DNA of 64,000 nucleotides from contig NW_027142279.1 of NCBI RefSeq assembly GCF_036365525.1, positions 682,001 to 746,000 on the forward strand, given 5' to 3'. This DNA is from Heterodontus francisci. Its lineage: Eukaryota. A program made the translations under genes and the position numbers. The notes below the pieces were generated by a model that was not told the DNA's origin, did no database searches, and saw only the letters and a program-made list of their open reading frames with translations. Positions 12,400 to 26,241 of this stretch are shown piece by piece. The stretch's first letter is position 1; every line of letters starts with the position of its first letter.

Positions 12400-12600
12400 C
12401 AGTGGTTATGATCAGAAATTGTTTAACTCACTGTTGAGCCCAGAAAGCTGTAAAGAATCCAATTGAAAGATGAGGTGCTTTTCTTCGAGTTTCTGTTGAG
12501 CTTCACTGGAGCAGAGAAGGAGGTCGAGGACAGAGAGGTCAGGGTGGGAGTGGGAATGAGAATTAAAAGTATCCGCTAACCGGAATCTCAGGGTCACACT
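12400..12600 (-). mobile_element. Penelope-like element fragment (GIY-YIG C-terminus)
   Basis: Peptide FNSHSHSHPDLSV..KLEEKHLIFQLDSLQLSGLN matches the typical C-terminal pattern of Penelope ORFs (from recall). Confidence 0.6.
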
Positions 12601-13262
12601 TGCAGCCTGAATGCAGGATGTTCCACAATGCTGTTAGCCTGTTGCTGTATTTGGTCTCTGCAGCTGGTCCCACTCCCCCTGCCCTTTCTACATAACACTG
12701 CACATTTTCCTTACACATAATTATTCAAAATTCCTTTTGAAAGCCACGATTGAATCTGCCTCCCCCGCACTCTCAGGTAGTGCATTCCAGATCCTAACCA
12801 TTCACTGTGTCAAAACGTTTCCTCAGTTCACCTTTGGATCTTCTGCCAATTACCTTCAATAAATGACCTCTGGTTCTCAATCAATCCGGTGATGAAACAT
12901 AGAGACAGAGAGGGTGAATCAGGGAGACGTCGTGAGGAAAAGCTCAGTGGAAATGAACGGGACAGAGGGAGACAGAGACAGAAAGATGCACACACACACA
13001 AACACACACAGATACAGAGAGAGAAAGAGAGTGAAAGAGTTGTAGACATAAAGCTGGATATATGCAAATAGAGAGAGAGAGAGAGACATTGTCAACCTAC
13101 TCCACTCTGACTTGTTTACCTGGGCGTCACCATCTCTGCATCACTTCCTAATGCCCTTCCTGTTCCTCCCAATGATTTGTAAAGAGTGGGTTGGTTATTG
13201 ACAACACTCATCGCTCCTGCTCTCTCCCCTTTGCTGATTCAGAGGGCAGCTTAAAGTAAATG

Positions 13263-13775
13263 ATGTATCCGTTACTGACTCTGATCAACCTGTTTCACCG
13301 TAAGGCATTTTATTGAAACAATAATTCTACTTAACATTTCTTTAGGTGATGTTTTTATTTATTTATTTCTCTCTTTCTCTCTCCCACTGGACTGAAGTTC
13401 CCTGTTTACTGATCTCCTCCTCTCCATGTCTCTTTCCCAGATGTGAACACACAGACTATCCACCAGACTCCCGCCGCTGTCTCCAAATTTTCTGAGCAGC
13501 AGGTGAAGCTGAAATGCACCGTGCAGGGCAGCAGTAACCCTGACATGTTCTGGTACAGACAATACCCGGGGAAGGAGCCACAGTTTATGTTTTACTCCAC
13601 AGGTACTGATCACATAAATCCGGAGAAGGCGGTGGACGGTTTCACCGCCGAGAGACTGACTAGCTCCCAGTTCAATCTGGAGCCCTCCAGCCTGCGGAAG
13701 AATCACACGGCAGTGTATTTCTGTACCTGGAGAGATTACAGTGGCTCAGAGAGTTGGAGCAGTTCAACAAAAACC
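13263..13775 (+). pseudogene. TRBV: V7: family A V, open frame but defective heptamer (ORF-type gene)
   Basis: Leader 13263-13299, V exon 13441-13736 open (YFCTWRD). Heptamer TACAGTG lacks the critical first C; spacer 23 and nonamer are consensus. Confidence 0.85.
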
Positions 13776-14189
13776 CCAAAGGCAGCAGGAAACACCTGTG
13801 GAGGGTAAAACTGCCCGAAGCCTCGAATTTCTTTTGTTTTGCAGAGCGAAAGTGTTTATGATAACAAGAAGAGATGGGTCAGAGTGGTAGTGAGAGATTA
13901 GATATACAGGTAGTAGAGAATGTGCTAAGAACAATTGACAAGGATAACACGAGATCTGAGGTTCTAACTATCAGGAAAGATCAATTATAAAACGACTTGA
14001 GTTCTTCTGCATTGACACTGAGTTTTCCTCCTCTGTAGGGTTAACAGAGGGTGCTCTAGGACCATGAATACACAATGGCCTGGCAAACATTTAATAGGAA
14101 AACAGAAAGAGGCAGAGATCATACAGCCCTCGAGCTTCATACACATTGACAGGAGAAGCACATTCATCACCTTCGAGAGGGATACACAC

Positions 14190-14830
14190 ACACTCAACGA
14201 GAGAGACAAAGAGAAGGAGACCGAGTGTGTGAGAGAGGGATAGAACAAGATTGAGAGGAAAACTGACAGCGACAGAGAGACTGAGACAGAGAGACAGAGA
14301 CTGGGACAGATAGACTGAGACAAAGAGACAGAGAGACTGAGCCTGAGACAGAGAGAGACTGAGAGAGAGACTGAGAAAGAGAGATTGAGACAGAGAGGAG
14401 AAGAGAGAGGAGAGCGAGGAGGACAGAGAGGGGGAACAAGAAAGAGCGAGAGGGAAAACAAAAAACACAGAGGAAGAGACTGAGACAGAGACACTGAGAC
14501 AGAGAGACAGAGAGAGAGACTGAGAGACAGAGCGAGACAGAGAGTGAGAGAGGGACAGAGAGAGAGAGCGTTAGAGAGACTGAGAGAGAGAGACTGAGAG
14601 AGAGAGACTGAGAGAGAGACTGAGAGAAAGCGACTGAGGGAAAGCGACTGAGACATAGAGACAGACAGAGGAGAGAGAGGAGGACAGAGAGGGGGAAGAA
14701 GGAAGTGCGAGAGAAAAGCAAAAAAAACACAGAGGAAGAGAGTGAGACAGATTGGGTGACAGACACACACACACACAGAATGAGACAGGGAGAGAAAGAC
14801 AGTAAGCACTAAAACAGAGGGAGACAGTGA
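14190..14830. repeat. GA-rich low-complexity/microsatellite tract
   Basis: (GA)n/(GAGACA)n; source of spurious SL-rich ORFs. Confidence 0.9.
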
Positions 14831-15547
14831 ACTAAAGACAGAGCGAGTGAAAAACACACGCACACACATGCACAGCTTTGTATCCGTGCCCATTCATCTT
14901 CCAACTCATTGAATAAGAATATCCCGTGATCTCAGGATTGTAACTATCAGGAAAGAATAACAATAAAAGGACTGGGGCCGTTATAGACTGACACTGTTTA
15001 TGTTTTGACCACAGGGACAGCTGAGGAAGCTCTAGGACCATGTGATGTACAATGGTTTTTGAGAAGGAGTTCACAGGAAAACTGAAACAGTGAGAGAACA
15101 TACAGTCCTCCAGGTTGATATACATGACCAGGAGAAGGAAATCCACATCCTTAGAGAGACAAAGAGAGAGAGAGAGACACACACACACAGCGAGAGAGAC
15201 AAACAAAGACAGAGAGAGAGACCTAATGTGTGTGTATCTGTGAGAGAGAGTCTGAAATAAACAGACTGAGACATATAGGGAGGCATAGAAGAGAGACAGA
15301 GAGGAAGAAAGGAGCATCACAAGTAAAGGACAGGGAGAGACAGAGAGAGAGAGAGAAAGTGGGACATTGGCAACCAACTCGATTCTCATTTGTTGATGTG
15401 GGAAATGAACGTCACCATCTCTGCATCACTTCCTAATGCTCTCCCTGTTCCTCCCAATGATTTGTAAAGAGTGGGTTGGTTATTGACAACACTCATCACT
15501 CCTGCTGTCTCCCCTTTGCAGATTCAGAAGGCAGCTTAAAGTAAAAG

Positions 15548-16071
15548 ATGTATCTGTTACTGACTCTGATCACCCTGTTTCACCGTAAGGGATTTTATTG
15601 AAACAATAATTCTACTTAACATTTCTTTAGGATATGTTTTTATTTATTTCGTTCTCTCCTTCTCTCTCTTTCTCTCTCCCCACTGGACTGAATTTCCCTG
15701 TATACTGATCTCCTCCTCTCCCTGTCTCTTTCCCAGATGTGAACTCACAGACTATCCACCAGACTCCCGCCTCTGTCTCCAAATTTTCTGAGGAGCAGGT
15801 GAAGCTGAAATGCACCGTGGATGGCACCAGTAACCCTTACATGTACTGGTACAGACAATACCCGGGGAAGGAGCTGCAACTGATGTTTTACTCCCTAACT
15901 GCACAAAGAGTGGACTCAGAGGGGACGGTGGAGGGTTTCACCGCCGAGTGACCGACTGACTCCAAGTTCAACCTGGAGTCCTCCAGCCTGTGGGAGAATC
16001 ACTCGGCCGTGTATTTCTGTGCCTGGAAAGACCACAGTGACTCAGAGAGATGGAGCAGTTCAACAAAAATC
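15548..16071 (+). pseudogene. TRBV: V8: family A V pseudogene (single nonsense codon)
   Basis: Leader 15548-15584, V exon 15737-16032. TGA at 15949-15951 (FTAE*). RSS CACAGTG-23-ACAAAAATC. Confidence 0.92.
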
Positions 16072-16951
16072 CCAAAGGCAGCAGGAAACACCTGTGGGGG
16101 ATAAAACCGTTCGGTGCCTCAACCTGTTGTTTCCTTATGCAGAGTGAAAGTGTTTGTTACAAAAAAAAGAGTTGAGTTATGATTGTAGTGACACACTAGA
16201 TTAACAGGTACTGCTGAGGGTGCAATGAATGATTAATGAGGATGTCACGAGATCTCAGAATGTAACTATCAGGAATCAATGACAATAATCTGGGTTTTTA
16301 TGCACTGACCCTGTGTTTACCTTCTCCACAGGGACAGCAGAGGGGGATCCAGGACCATGGACCAGACAATGGCTTTGAGAAGGATTTAGTGAGACAACTA
16401 AGATAGCAGGAGATCATGTCGATCCAGCTTGATACACATTAGCAGGACAAGGACACCCACTCCTTTAGAGAGAGAACGAGAGTGCATGTGTGTGAAAGAG
16501 AGAGCGAGGTTCAGTGAGTGAGAGGAAAAACGACAGACAGAGTTAAAGTGACTGAGACAGAGAGGGAGACGGAGATAGAGGCAAAGACAGTGAGACAGCA
16601 AGAGACACATAATGAGAGAGAGACGGAGAGAAAGAGAGACTGTGATAAAGAGCCTGCGATGGATAGGGAGATAGATCTAGAGAGAGGCAGAGAAAGGGAA
16701 ATAACTAAAGAGATAACAAGAGTATGAGAGAGGGAGAGTCAGAGAGAAGGAGAGAATGGGAGACATAACCTTAGATATATGAGGAGAGAGGGAGAGTCAG
16801 AGAGAGAAAGTGAGTGAAGATAGACTGAGATAGAGAGGGAGAGAGAGTCTAAGAAAGGAAGAGAGTGGGAGACATATCCCGAGACACATGAGGTGAGAGA
16901 GAGAGAGAGACAGAGAGGGAGTGCAAGAGAGCGGAAGGTAAACTCTGATAG

Positions 16952-16998
<47 letters not shown>

Positions 16999-17185
16999 CA
17001 GATTGGCAGCCAATTCAATTCTGATTTGTTGACCTGGGGGAATGGGCGTCTCCAACATTGTATCACTTCCTAATGCTCTTCATGTTCCTCCCAATGATTT
17101 GTAAAGAGTGGATTTGGACCCTCACAAGAGTCTAAGCTCCTGATCTCACTCCTGTGTCTATTAAGAGAACAAGTTGAAGTGAAAG

Positions 17186-17680
17186 ATGTATCAGTTACTG
17201 TGTCTGATAATCCTATTTCATTGTAAGTGAGTATGAAATACAAAGATTATCGTTAATAACCTTCCTCTCCTCTCCCTGTCTCCCTTTCATTCCCAGATGT
17301 TCCCTGTTTACTGATCTCCTCCTCTCTCCATCTCTCTCCCAGATGTGAACTCACAGACTATCCGCCAGACTCCCGCCGCTGTCTCCAGATTTCCCGGGAA
17401 AGGAGTGGAACTGAGGTGCACTGTGGAGGGGAGCCGCAGTAACTTCAACATGTACTGGTACAGACAAGAGCCGGGGAAGGAGCCGCTGTTGATGTTTTAC
17501 TCCAATACTGCTAACTATGTGGATCCAGAGGGGACGGTGGATGGTTTCACCGCTGAGAGACCGAATGAGTACGAGTTCAACCTGGAGACCTCCAGCCTGT
17601 GGGAGAATCACTCGGCCGTGTATTTCTGTGCCTGGAGTCTTCACAGTGACTCAGAGCGATGGAGCAGTTCAAGAAAAACC
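17186..17680 (+). CDS. TRBV: V9: family A V gene, leader 17186-17222, V exon 17343-17641, 23-RSS; intact, duplicate of V1
   Basis: Open frame, splice sites intact. CACAGTG 17642-17648, AGAAAAACC 17672-17680. Confidence 0.93.
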
Positions 17681-19731
17681 CCAAAGGCAGCAGGAAATAC
17701 CTGTTTCAGATAAAACCAGGCGGTGCTGCGTCCTGTTGGGTGTTTTTATCATTGGGAACATGTTTTTCACAAGAAGACAGGGCGGATTTAAATAGAAATT
17801 GAGTGGTTAGATATTGAAACACAGGGGAATTGTGAAATAGACTTTACAGGAATGATATCAGAACACAGAGGTTAAAGTTATCAAGAAAGTTTGAACATCG
17901 GGGGATTATTTCTCCAGAAAGGAGAAGACAAGAGTAAACTTTAAGCGGTCTAAGGGAGATTATTAAAGATTTTAATATCTGAAATGAAGATCAGATAAAA
18001 ACAGAAAGACAGACAGACAGTCAGCTAGACAGATAGATAGATACGGTGTGGTTTTATTTCACTGCGTTTTCTTTCTCCAAAGGGACAGCAGAGTGCGCTG
18101 TTGGACCATGATAAACATCAGAGTCTGGAACAAAGTTTAAGTGACCTGGGAACACAAGGAGAACATTCATCACCTCGAAAACACTCCGCCCTTCAATGAG
18201 TTCGTGACTTATCAATAACTTTCTGTCGCTCCCTCTCTCCATCCCTCTCGCTCCATCCCTCTCTCTCCATCCCTCTCTCTCCATTCCTCTCTAACCATCC
18301 CTCTGTCTCCATCCCTCTCTCTCCATCCCACTCTCTCCATCTCTCTCGCTCCCTCTCTCTCTATTCCCCACTCTACCACTGGCTGCAAAGCTGGCGTAAA
18401 ATGGTAGAATGCGAATTAACATTCCTGTCTTTTACAGGGGCAGTGACTGTCTCTCCATGTAGCTCGCTATTTCTCTACCTGTCTGACTTTCCTTCCAACT
18501 CTCTATTTCTCTACCTCTCTCGATACCAATCTATCTCTCTACCTGGTGATCTATCTCTCTGTCTCTCTATCTATTCAACTCTATCTTTAGGTGATTACAC
18601 TTTGTATGAACTAATTAAACATGCTGCACTAATATAATGAATGACCATCATTTCCGGGATTTTCTATACATTGACCAGTAGATGATGTGGTTTGTCATCA
18701 ATTATCTATCAAAATCTTTTATCATCTTCAATATCTGTATCACATCGACCATTAAACTTCTCTGCTCTCAGGAGACAAACCCCCAGCTTCTCCAGTCTCT
18801 CCAAAGTAATTGAACTCCCTCATCCCTGGTACCAGTCTTGTTAATCTCCCTCTAACCTTCACTACACAGAGGCGAACAACCCATCAATGAACAGGAACTA
18901 ACTCAGCTCGATACCCTTAACCATCTGAGCGCTGTCTCACACTGTTCAAAGGCGAGATCCCTCTCCAGATAACTTCATCTCTGGGACACCTGCCTCCTGA
19001 CAGCGAGTTCAGAAGAGCACAAGTGTCCTTCTAGAATAATGGTACCACATTCGCTATCCTCCAGTCCTCTGAGACCACTCCTGTGGCCAGAGGGGAATTG
19101 AAAATTTGTGTCAGAGGCCCTGAAATCTCCTCCCTTGCCTCACATAACAGCCTGGGATATGTCTCATCCGGGCTGCGGTCTTATCCACTTTTAAGTCTTC
19201 TAAAACAGCTAATACTCCTCCCTTTAAAAGCAAATATGTTCAAGTATATCACAACCCCCCTCCCTGATATCTACACCTACATCATCCTTCTCCATAGTGA
19301 ACATAGTGAAATATGCTGTTCTTACCCAGTCTGGCCTATATATGCCTCCAGACCAACAGCAATGTTGTTGACTATTAACTGCCCAGCAGGCATTCCCGAA
19401 GATGGTTCACCACCACCAACTCAAGGGCAATAAGGGATGGGCACACTCTCCGGGTACAGAGGGTTGTTTCCCTGAATTCTACTCTATCAAATCCCTTTCT
19501 GAAATGTGAACACCTCTATTCAATCTCCCCCTATCCCCTTGTGTTGTATCATTCTACAGCATTGCTACATAAAGTAATGGGGTGGAGCAGAGTGTCGCAG
19601 TAAGTGACTGCCAATCACAATGACAACCGGATGCTGGGTATTTAATTGGATACAATATAGAAACTGCCTGCAAGTGTGTTGTTGAAAACTCCACACGTTC
19701 ACACATCGAGTTAGTATCGAATGAAGAAATC

Positions 19732-22700
19732 ATGTTGCATGAAGTTCTCAGTCTAATCTTGATGGCTGCACTCTTCCCACGTAAGTCAAAGTCAGAAACT
19801 GTGTCGAATAATGTATTGTAATGTCAGCGGTGATTCTGTTCCGTAACACTGCTGTGTCAGAGTCTCACTCCAGAACACTTGAGCTCAAAGGCAAAACTAA
19901 CACCCCAGGTGTCAGGACTGAGGGAGTGCTGGACTGTCGCAGAGGCAGTACTGAGGGTGTGCTGCACTGTCGCAGAGGCAGTACTGAGGGAATACTGCAC
20001 TGTCGCAGAGGCAGTACTGAGGGAGTGCTGCACTGTCGCAGAGGCAGTACTGAGGGAGTGCTGCACTGTTGCAGAGGCAGTACTGAGGGAGTGCCGCACT
20101 GTCGCAGAGGCAGTAATGAGGGAGTAACTACATTGGTTGCAAAGCCCTTTCTGTTGCCCTGAGGTCCTGAACGGCGATATATTAATGTAAGCCCTCTCTT
20201 TCTTGTAATGCAGCCTCTGCTCCAATCCATTATTGACTGAAATAATAATCTAATCGATGTTCCGTCCCACAGGAATACTCGCCTCCTATGTGGAACAGTC
20301 TCCCTCTATCCTATCGCTTTCCGCAGGAGAGTCGACAACACTCAGATGCACGCTGAAGAATACTGGCTATACATTAATGTACTGGTACAGACAACAACCA
20401 GACAGGGCACTGGAAGCTCTGTTCTATTCTGCTGGAACAGGGTCTGTCACCAATTACACGTCCGAGTCATTTAAGGCAGACAGAGCCAGCAATAGAATTA
20501 GAATTAGAATTAGAATATTACAGCGCAGTACAGGCCCTTCGGCCCTCGATGTTGCGCCGATCATCTGACCTACACTATTCCATTTACATCCATATGTCTA
20601 TCCAATGACCACTTAAATGCCCTTAAAGTTGGCGAGTCTACTACTGTTGCAGGCAGGGCGTTCCACGCCCCTACTACTCTCTGCGTAAAGAAACTACCTC
20701 TGACATCTGTCCTATATCTTTCACCCCTCAACTTAAAGCTATGTCCCCTCGTGTTTGCCATCCGCATCCGAGGAAAAAGACTCTCACTATCCACCCTATC
20801 TAACCCTCTGATTATCTTGTATGTCTCTATTAAGTCACCTCTCCTCCTCCTTCTCTCTAACGAAAACAACCCCAAGTCCCTCAGCCTTTCCTCGTAAGAC
20901 CTTCCTTCCATACCAGGCAACATCCTAGTAAATCTCCTCTGCACCCTTTCCAAAGCTTCGACATCCTTCCTATAATGCGGTGACCAGAACTGCACGCAAT
21001 ACTCCAGGTGCGGCCTCACCAGAGTTTTGTACAGCTGCATCATGACCCCGTGGCTCTGAAACTCGATCCCCCTACTAATAAAGGCTAACACACCATATGC
21101 CTTCTTAACAGCCCTATTAACCTGGGTAGCAACTTTCAGGGATTTATGTACCTGGATACCAAGATCTCTCTGCTCATCTACACTACCAAGAATCTTCCCA
21201 TTAGCCCAGTACTCTGCATTGCTGTTACTCCTTCCAAAGTGAATCGCCTCACACTTCTCCGCATTAAACTCCATTTGCCATCTCTCAGCCCAGCTCTGCA
21301 GCCTATCTATGTCCCTCTGTACCCTACAACACCCTTCGACACTATCCACAACTCCACCGACCTTCGTGTCATCCGCAAATTTACTAACCCACCCTTCTAC
21401 ACCCTCATCCAGGTCGTTTATAAAAATGACAAACAGCAGTGGCCCCAAAACAGAACCTTGCGGTACACCACTAGTAACTAAACTCCAGGATGAACATTTG
21501 CCATCAACCACCACCCTCTGTCTTCTTTCAGCTAGCCAATTTCTGATCCAAAGCTCTAAATCACCTTCAACCCCATACTTCCGTATTTTCTGCAATAGCC
21601 TACCGTGGGGAACCTTATCAAACGCCTTACTGAAATCCATATACACCACATCCACGGCTTTACCCTCATCCACCTGTTTGGTCACCTTCTCGAAAAACTC
21701 AATAAGGTTTGTGAGGCACGACCTACCTTTCACAAAACCGTGCTGACTATCGCAAATGAACTTATTCTTTTCAAGATGATTATAAATCCTGTCTCTTATA
21801 ACCTTTTCCAACATTTTACCCACAACCGAAGTAAGGCTCACAGGTCTATAATTACCAGGGCTGTCTCTACTCCCCTTCTTGAACAAGGGGACAACATTTG
21901 CTATCCTCCAGTCCTCTGGCACTACTCCTGTCGACAATGACGACTTAAAGATCAACAGCAACGGCTCTGCAATCTCCTCCCTGGCTTCCCAGAGAATCCT
22001 AGGATAAATCCCATCTGGCCCAGGGGACTTATCTATTTTCACTCTTTCCAAAATTGCTAACACCTCCTCCTTGTGAATCTCAATCCCATCTAGCCTAGTA
22101 GGCTGTATCTCAGTAATCTCCTCGGCAACATTTAATTTCTCTACTGTAAATACTGACGAAAAATATTCATTTAACGCTTCCCCTATCTCCTCTGATTCCG
22201 CACACAACTTCCCACTACTATCCTTGATTGGCCCTGTTCTAACTCTTATCATTCGTTTATTCCTGATATACCTATAGAAAGCCTTAGGGTTTTCTTTGAT
22301 CCTATCCGCCAATGACTTCTCGTGTCCTCTCCTTGCTCTTCTTAGCCCTCCCTTTAGATCCTTCCTGGCTAGCTTGTAACTCTCAAGCGCCCTAACTGAG
22401 CCTTCACGTCTCATCCTAACATAAGCCGCCCTCTTCCTCTTGACAAGCGCTTCAACTTCTTTAGTAAACCACGGCTCCCTCGCTCGACAACTTGCTCCCT
22501 GCCTGACAGGTACATACTTATCAAGGACACGCATTAGCTGCTCCTTGAATAAGCTCCACATTTCGTTTGTGCCCATCCCCTGCAGTTTCCTTCCCCATCC
22601 TGCACATCCTAAATCTTGCCTAATCGCGTCATAATTTCCTTTCCCCCAGCTATAATTCTTGCCCTGCGGTATATACCTGTCCCTGCCCATCGCTAAGGTA

Positions 22701-24011
22701 AACCTAACCGAATAGTGATCACTATCACCAAAGTGCTCACCTACATCTAAATCTAACACCTGGCCGGGTTCATTACCCAGTACCAAATCCAATGTGGCAT
22801 CGCCCCTGGTTGGCCTGTCCACATACTGTGTCAGAAAACCCTCCTGCACACACTGGACAAAAACAGACCCATCTAAAGTACTCGAACTATAGTATTTCCA
22901 GTCAATATTTGGAAAGTTAAAGTCCCCCATAACCACTACCCTGTTACTCTCGCTCCTGTCGAGAATCATCTTCGCTATCCTTTCCTCTACATCTCTGGAA
23001 CTATTCGGAGGTCTATAGAAAACTCCCAACAGGGTGACCTCTCCTCTCCTGTTTCTAACCTCGGCCCATACTACCTCAGTAGACGAGTCCTCAAACGTCC
23101 TTTCTGCCGCTGTAATACTTTCCTTGATTAACAATGCCACACCCCCCCCCCCTCTTTTACCCTCTTCTCTGTTCTTACTGAAACATCTAAATCCCGGAAC
23201 CTGCAACATCCATTCCTGCCCCTGCTCTACCCATGTCTCCGAAATGGCCACAACATCAGGATCCCAGGTACCAACCCATGCTGCAAGCTCACCCACCTTA
23301 TTCCGGATGCTCCTGGCGTTGAAGTAGACACACTTTAAACCAAGTTCTTGCTTGCCAGTGCCCTCTTGCGTCCCTGTAACCTTATCCCCTACCTCACTAC
23401 TCTCAACAGCCTGTACACTGGAACTACAATTTAGGTTCCCATTCCCCTGCTGATTTAGTTTAAACCCCCCCGAAGAGCACTAACAAATCTCCCCCCCAGG
23501 ATATTGGTACCCCTCTGGTTCAGGTGAAGACCATCCTGTTTGTAGAGGTCCCACCTACCCCAGAAAGAGCCCCAATTATCCAGGAAACCAAAACCCTCCC
23601 TCCTACACCATCCCTGCAGCCACGTGTTCAACTCCTCTCTCTCCCTATTCCTCTCTTCGCTAGCACGTGGCACAGGCAACAACCCAGAGATAACAACTCT
23701 GGTTGTTCTCGCTCTAAGCTTCCACCCTAGCTCCCTGAATTTCTGCCTTAAATCCCCATCTCTCTTCCGACCTATGTCGTTGGTGCCTATGTGGACCACG
23801 ACTTGGGGGTGCTCCCCCTCCCCCTTAAGGATCCCAAAAACACGATCGGAGACATCACGTACCCTGGCACCTGGGAGGCAACACACCAACCGTGAGTCTC
23901 TCTCGTTTACTTTGGCACTGAGAGACGCAGCTCCATCTCACACCGCTGTCTATTTCTGCGCTTGTAGTATCGCACAGTGTTTGAGAAAGCGGATCAGCAG
24001 CTGCAAAAACC
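19732..24011 (+). pseudogene. TRBV: V10: family B V gene interrupted by a CR1 LINE
   Basis: Leader 19732-19780. V exon 20273-20494 resumes at 23905 (FTLALRDAAP..YFCACS). RSS 23973-24011 intact. Confidence 0.93.
20495..23904 (-). mobile_element. CR1-type LINE with uninterrupted ORF2 (APE endonuclease + RT) and 3' part of ORF1 (SGNH esterase-like)
   Basis: ORF 20570-23296 (908 aa: ISETW, GDFN, SDH, YMDFSKAFD, FADD); the frame stays open upstream through LKCVYFNARSIRNK. ORF1 part 23455-23889 (HIGTND, DGLHLN). (TTCTAA)n tail at 20495. Confidence 0.96.
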
Positions 24012-25383
24012 TGCAGCGGATGAACGGGAGTTCAGTGCTCAACTTCAACTGGCAGGGGGCAGCAGTAGATTGAAGCTTTCTGTTCATATCTATCTGTCCA
24101 CCTGATTGTTTATCTCTCTGTCTCTCTATCTATCTATCTCTTTACCTGGTTATCTATCTCTCTGTCTCTCTATCTATCTAAATCTATCTTTAGGTAATTA
24201 CACTTTGTATGAACTAATTAAACATACTGCAGTAATGTAATGAATGACCATCTTTTCATAGATTTTCTATATATTGACCAGTAGAAGATGTGGTTTATCA
24301 TCAATTATCTATCAAAATCCTCTATGATCTTCAATATCTGTATCACATCTAATTAACCTTCTCTGCTCTAAGGGCAGAAACCCCCAGCTTCTCCAGTCTC
24401 TCCACAGTAACTGAAGTCCCTCATCCCTGATACCAGTCTGGTTAATCTCCCTCTAACCTTCACTACACAGACGCGAACAACCCCCCAATGCACAGGGACT
24501 AACTCAGCGCAGAACCATTAACCATCTGAGCGCTGTTTCACACTGTTCAAAGTGAGACCCCTCTCCAGATAACTTCATCTCTGGGACACCTGCCTCCTGA
24601 CAGCGAGTTCAGAAGCTGCTGAAAACTCTTTACCCACTTTCACCTCAGACTCGAGTCACATTTGATGTTTCTTCAAAGAAACTAGCAGTTCAGACAAGTG
24701 AACAATTTAACCCTTTAACTCCCATTCACCATGGAGGTTCGGCAGCAGAGCAGTTATGTTACTGGGCTAGTAATCCAGAGGCCTGGACTAATGATCCCCA
24801 GACTTGAGTTCAATTCCCACACTGGCAGAAATGCAATTTAAATTCAATTAATTAAATAAATAAAAATTTGTCATGGAAAGTATGAGTAATCCTGAACATG
24901 GAGTGTCTTAAAAACCCAACGTCTTCATTGATTACCTTCAGGGAAGGAAATCCGCCATTCCTACCCGGTCTGGCCTATATGTGACTGCAGACCCACAGCA
25001 ATGTGGTTGACTGTTAACTGCCCTCTGACATGGCCCAGCAGGTATTCCCGAAGATGGTTCACCACCACCTTCTCAGGGGCAATAAGGGATGGGCACACTC
25101 TCTGGGTATAGAGGGTTGCTTCCCTGAATTCTACTCTATCAAATCCCTTTCTGAAATGTGAACATCTCTATTCAATCTCCCCCTATCCTCCTGTGTTGTA
25201 TCATTCTACAACATTGCTATGCAAAGTAGTGGGGTGGAGCAGAGTGTCGCAGTAAGTGACTGCCAATCACAATGACAACCGGATGCTGGGTATTTAATTG
25301 GATACAATATAGAAACCGCCTGCAAGTGTGTTGTTGAAAACTCCACACGTTCACACATCGAGTTAGTATCGAATGAAGAAATC

Positions 25384-26221
25384 ATGTTGCTTGAAGTTCT
25401 GTGTCTAATCTTGATGGCTGCATTCTTCCCACGTCAGTCAAAGTCTGAAACTGTAGAATAATGTATTGCAATGTCAGCGGTGATTCTGTCCGGAACACTC
25501 CTGTGTCAGAGTCTCACTCCAGAGCACTTCAGCTCAAAGTCAAGGCTGACAAACCACATGTCAGGACTGAGGGAGTGCTGCACTGTCGCAGAGGCAGTAC
25601 TGAGGGAGTGCTGCACTGTCACAGAGGCAGTACTGAGGGAGTTCTGCACTGTCGCAGAGGCAGTACTGAGGGACTGCTGCACAGTCGCAGAGGCAGTACT
25701 GAGGGAGTGCTGCACTGTCGAATAGGCAGTACTGACGGAGTAACTGCATTTGTTGCAAAGCACTTTCTGATGCCCTGAGGTCCTGAACGGCGCTATATTA
25801 ATGTAAGCCCTTTCTTTCTTGCAATGCAGCTCCTGCTCCAATCCATTATTGACTGAAATAATAATCTAATCGATGTTCCATTCCACAGGAATACTCTCCT
25901 CCTATGTGGAACAGTCACCCTCTATCCTATCGATTGCGGCAGGAGAGTCGACAACACTCAGATGCACGCTGACCAATACTGCCAATTCCTATATGTACTT
26001 GTACAGACAACATCCAGACAGGGCACTGGAAGCTCTGTTCTATTCTGCTACAGAAGGGTCTGTTACCAATTACACGTCCGAGTCATTTAAGGCAGACAGA
26101 GCCAGCGATACACTGTTTACTTTGGCACTGAGAGACGCCACTCCATCTCACACCGCTGTCTATTTCTGCGCTTGCAGTATCGCACAGTGTTTGAGAAAGC
26201 GGATCCGCAGCTGCAAAAACC
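25384..26221 (+). pseudogene. TRBV: V11: family B V, open frame but conserved Trp replaced by Leu
   Basis: Leader 25384-25432, V exon 25889-26182 (MYLYRQ), RSS 26183-26221 intact. Confidence 0.85.
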
Positions 26222-26241
26222 TGCAGCGGATGAACGGGAGT

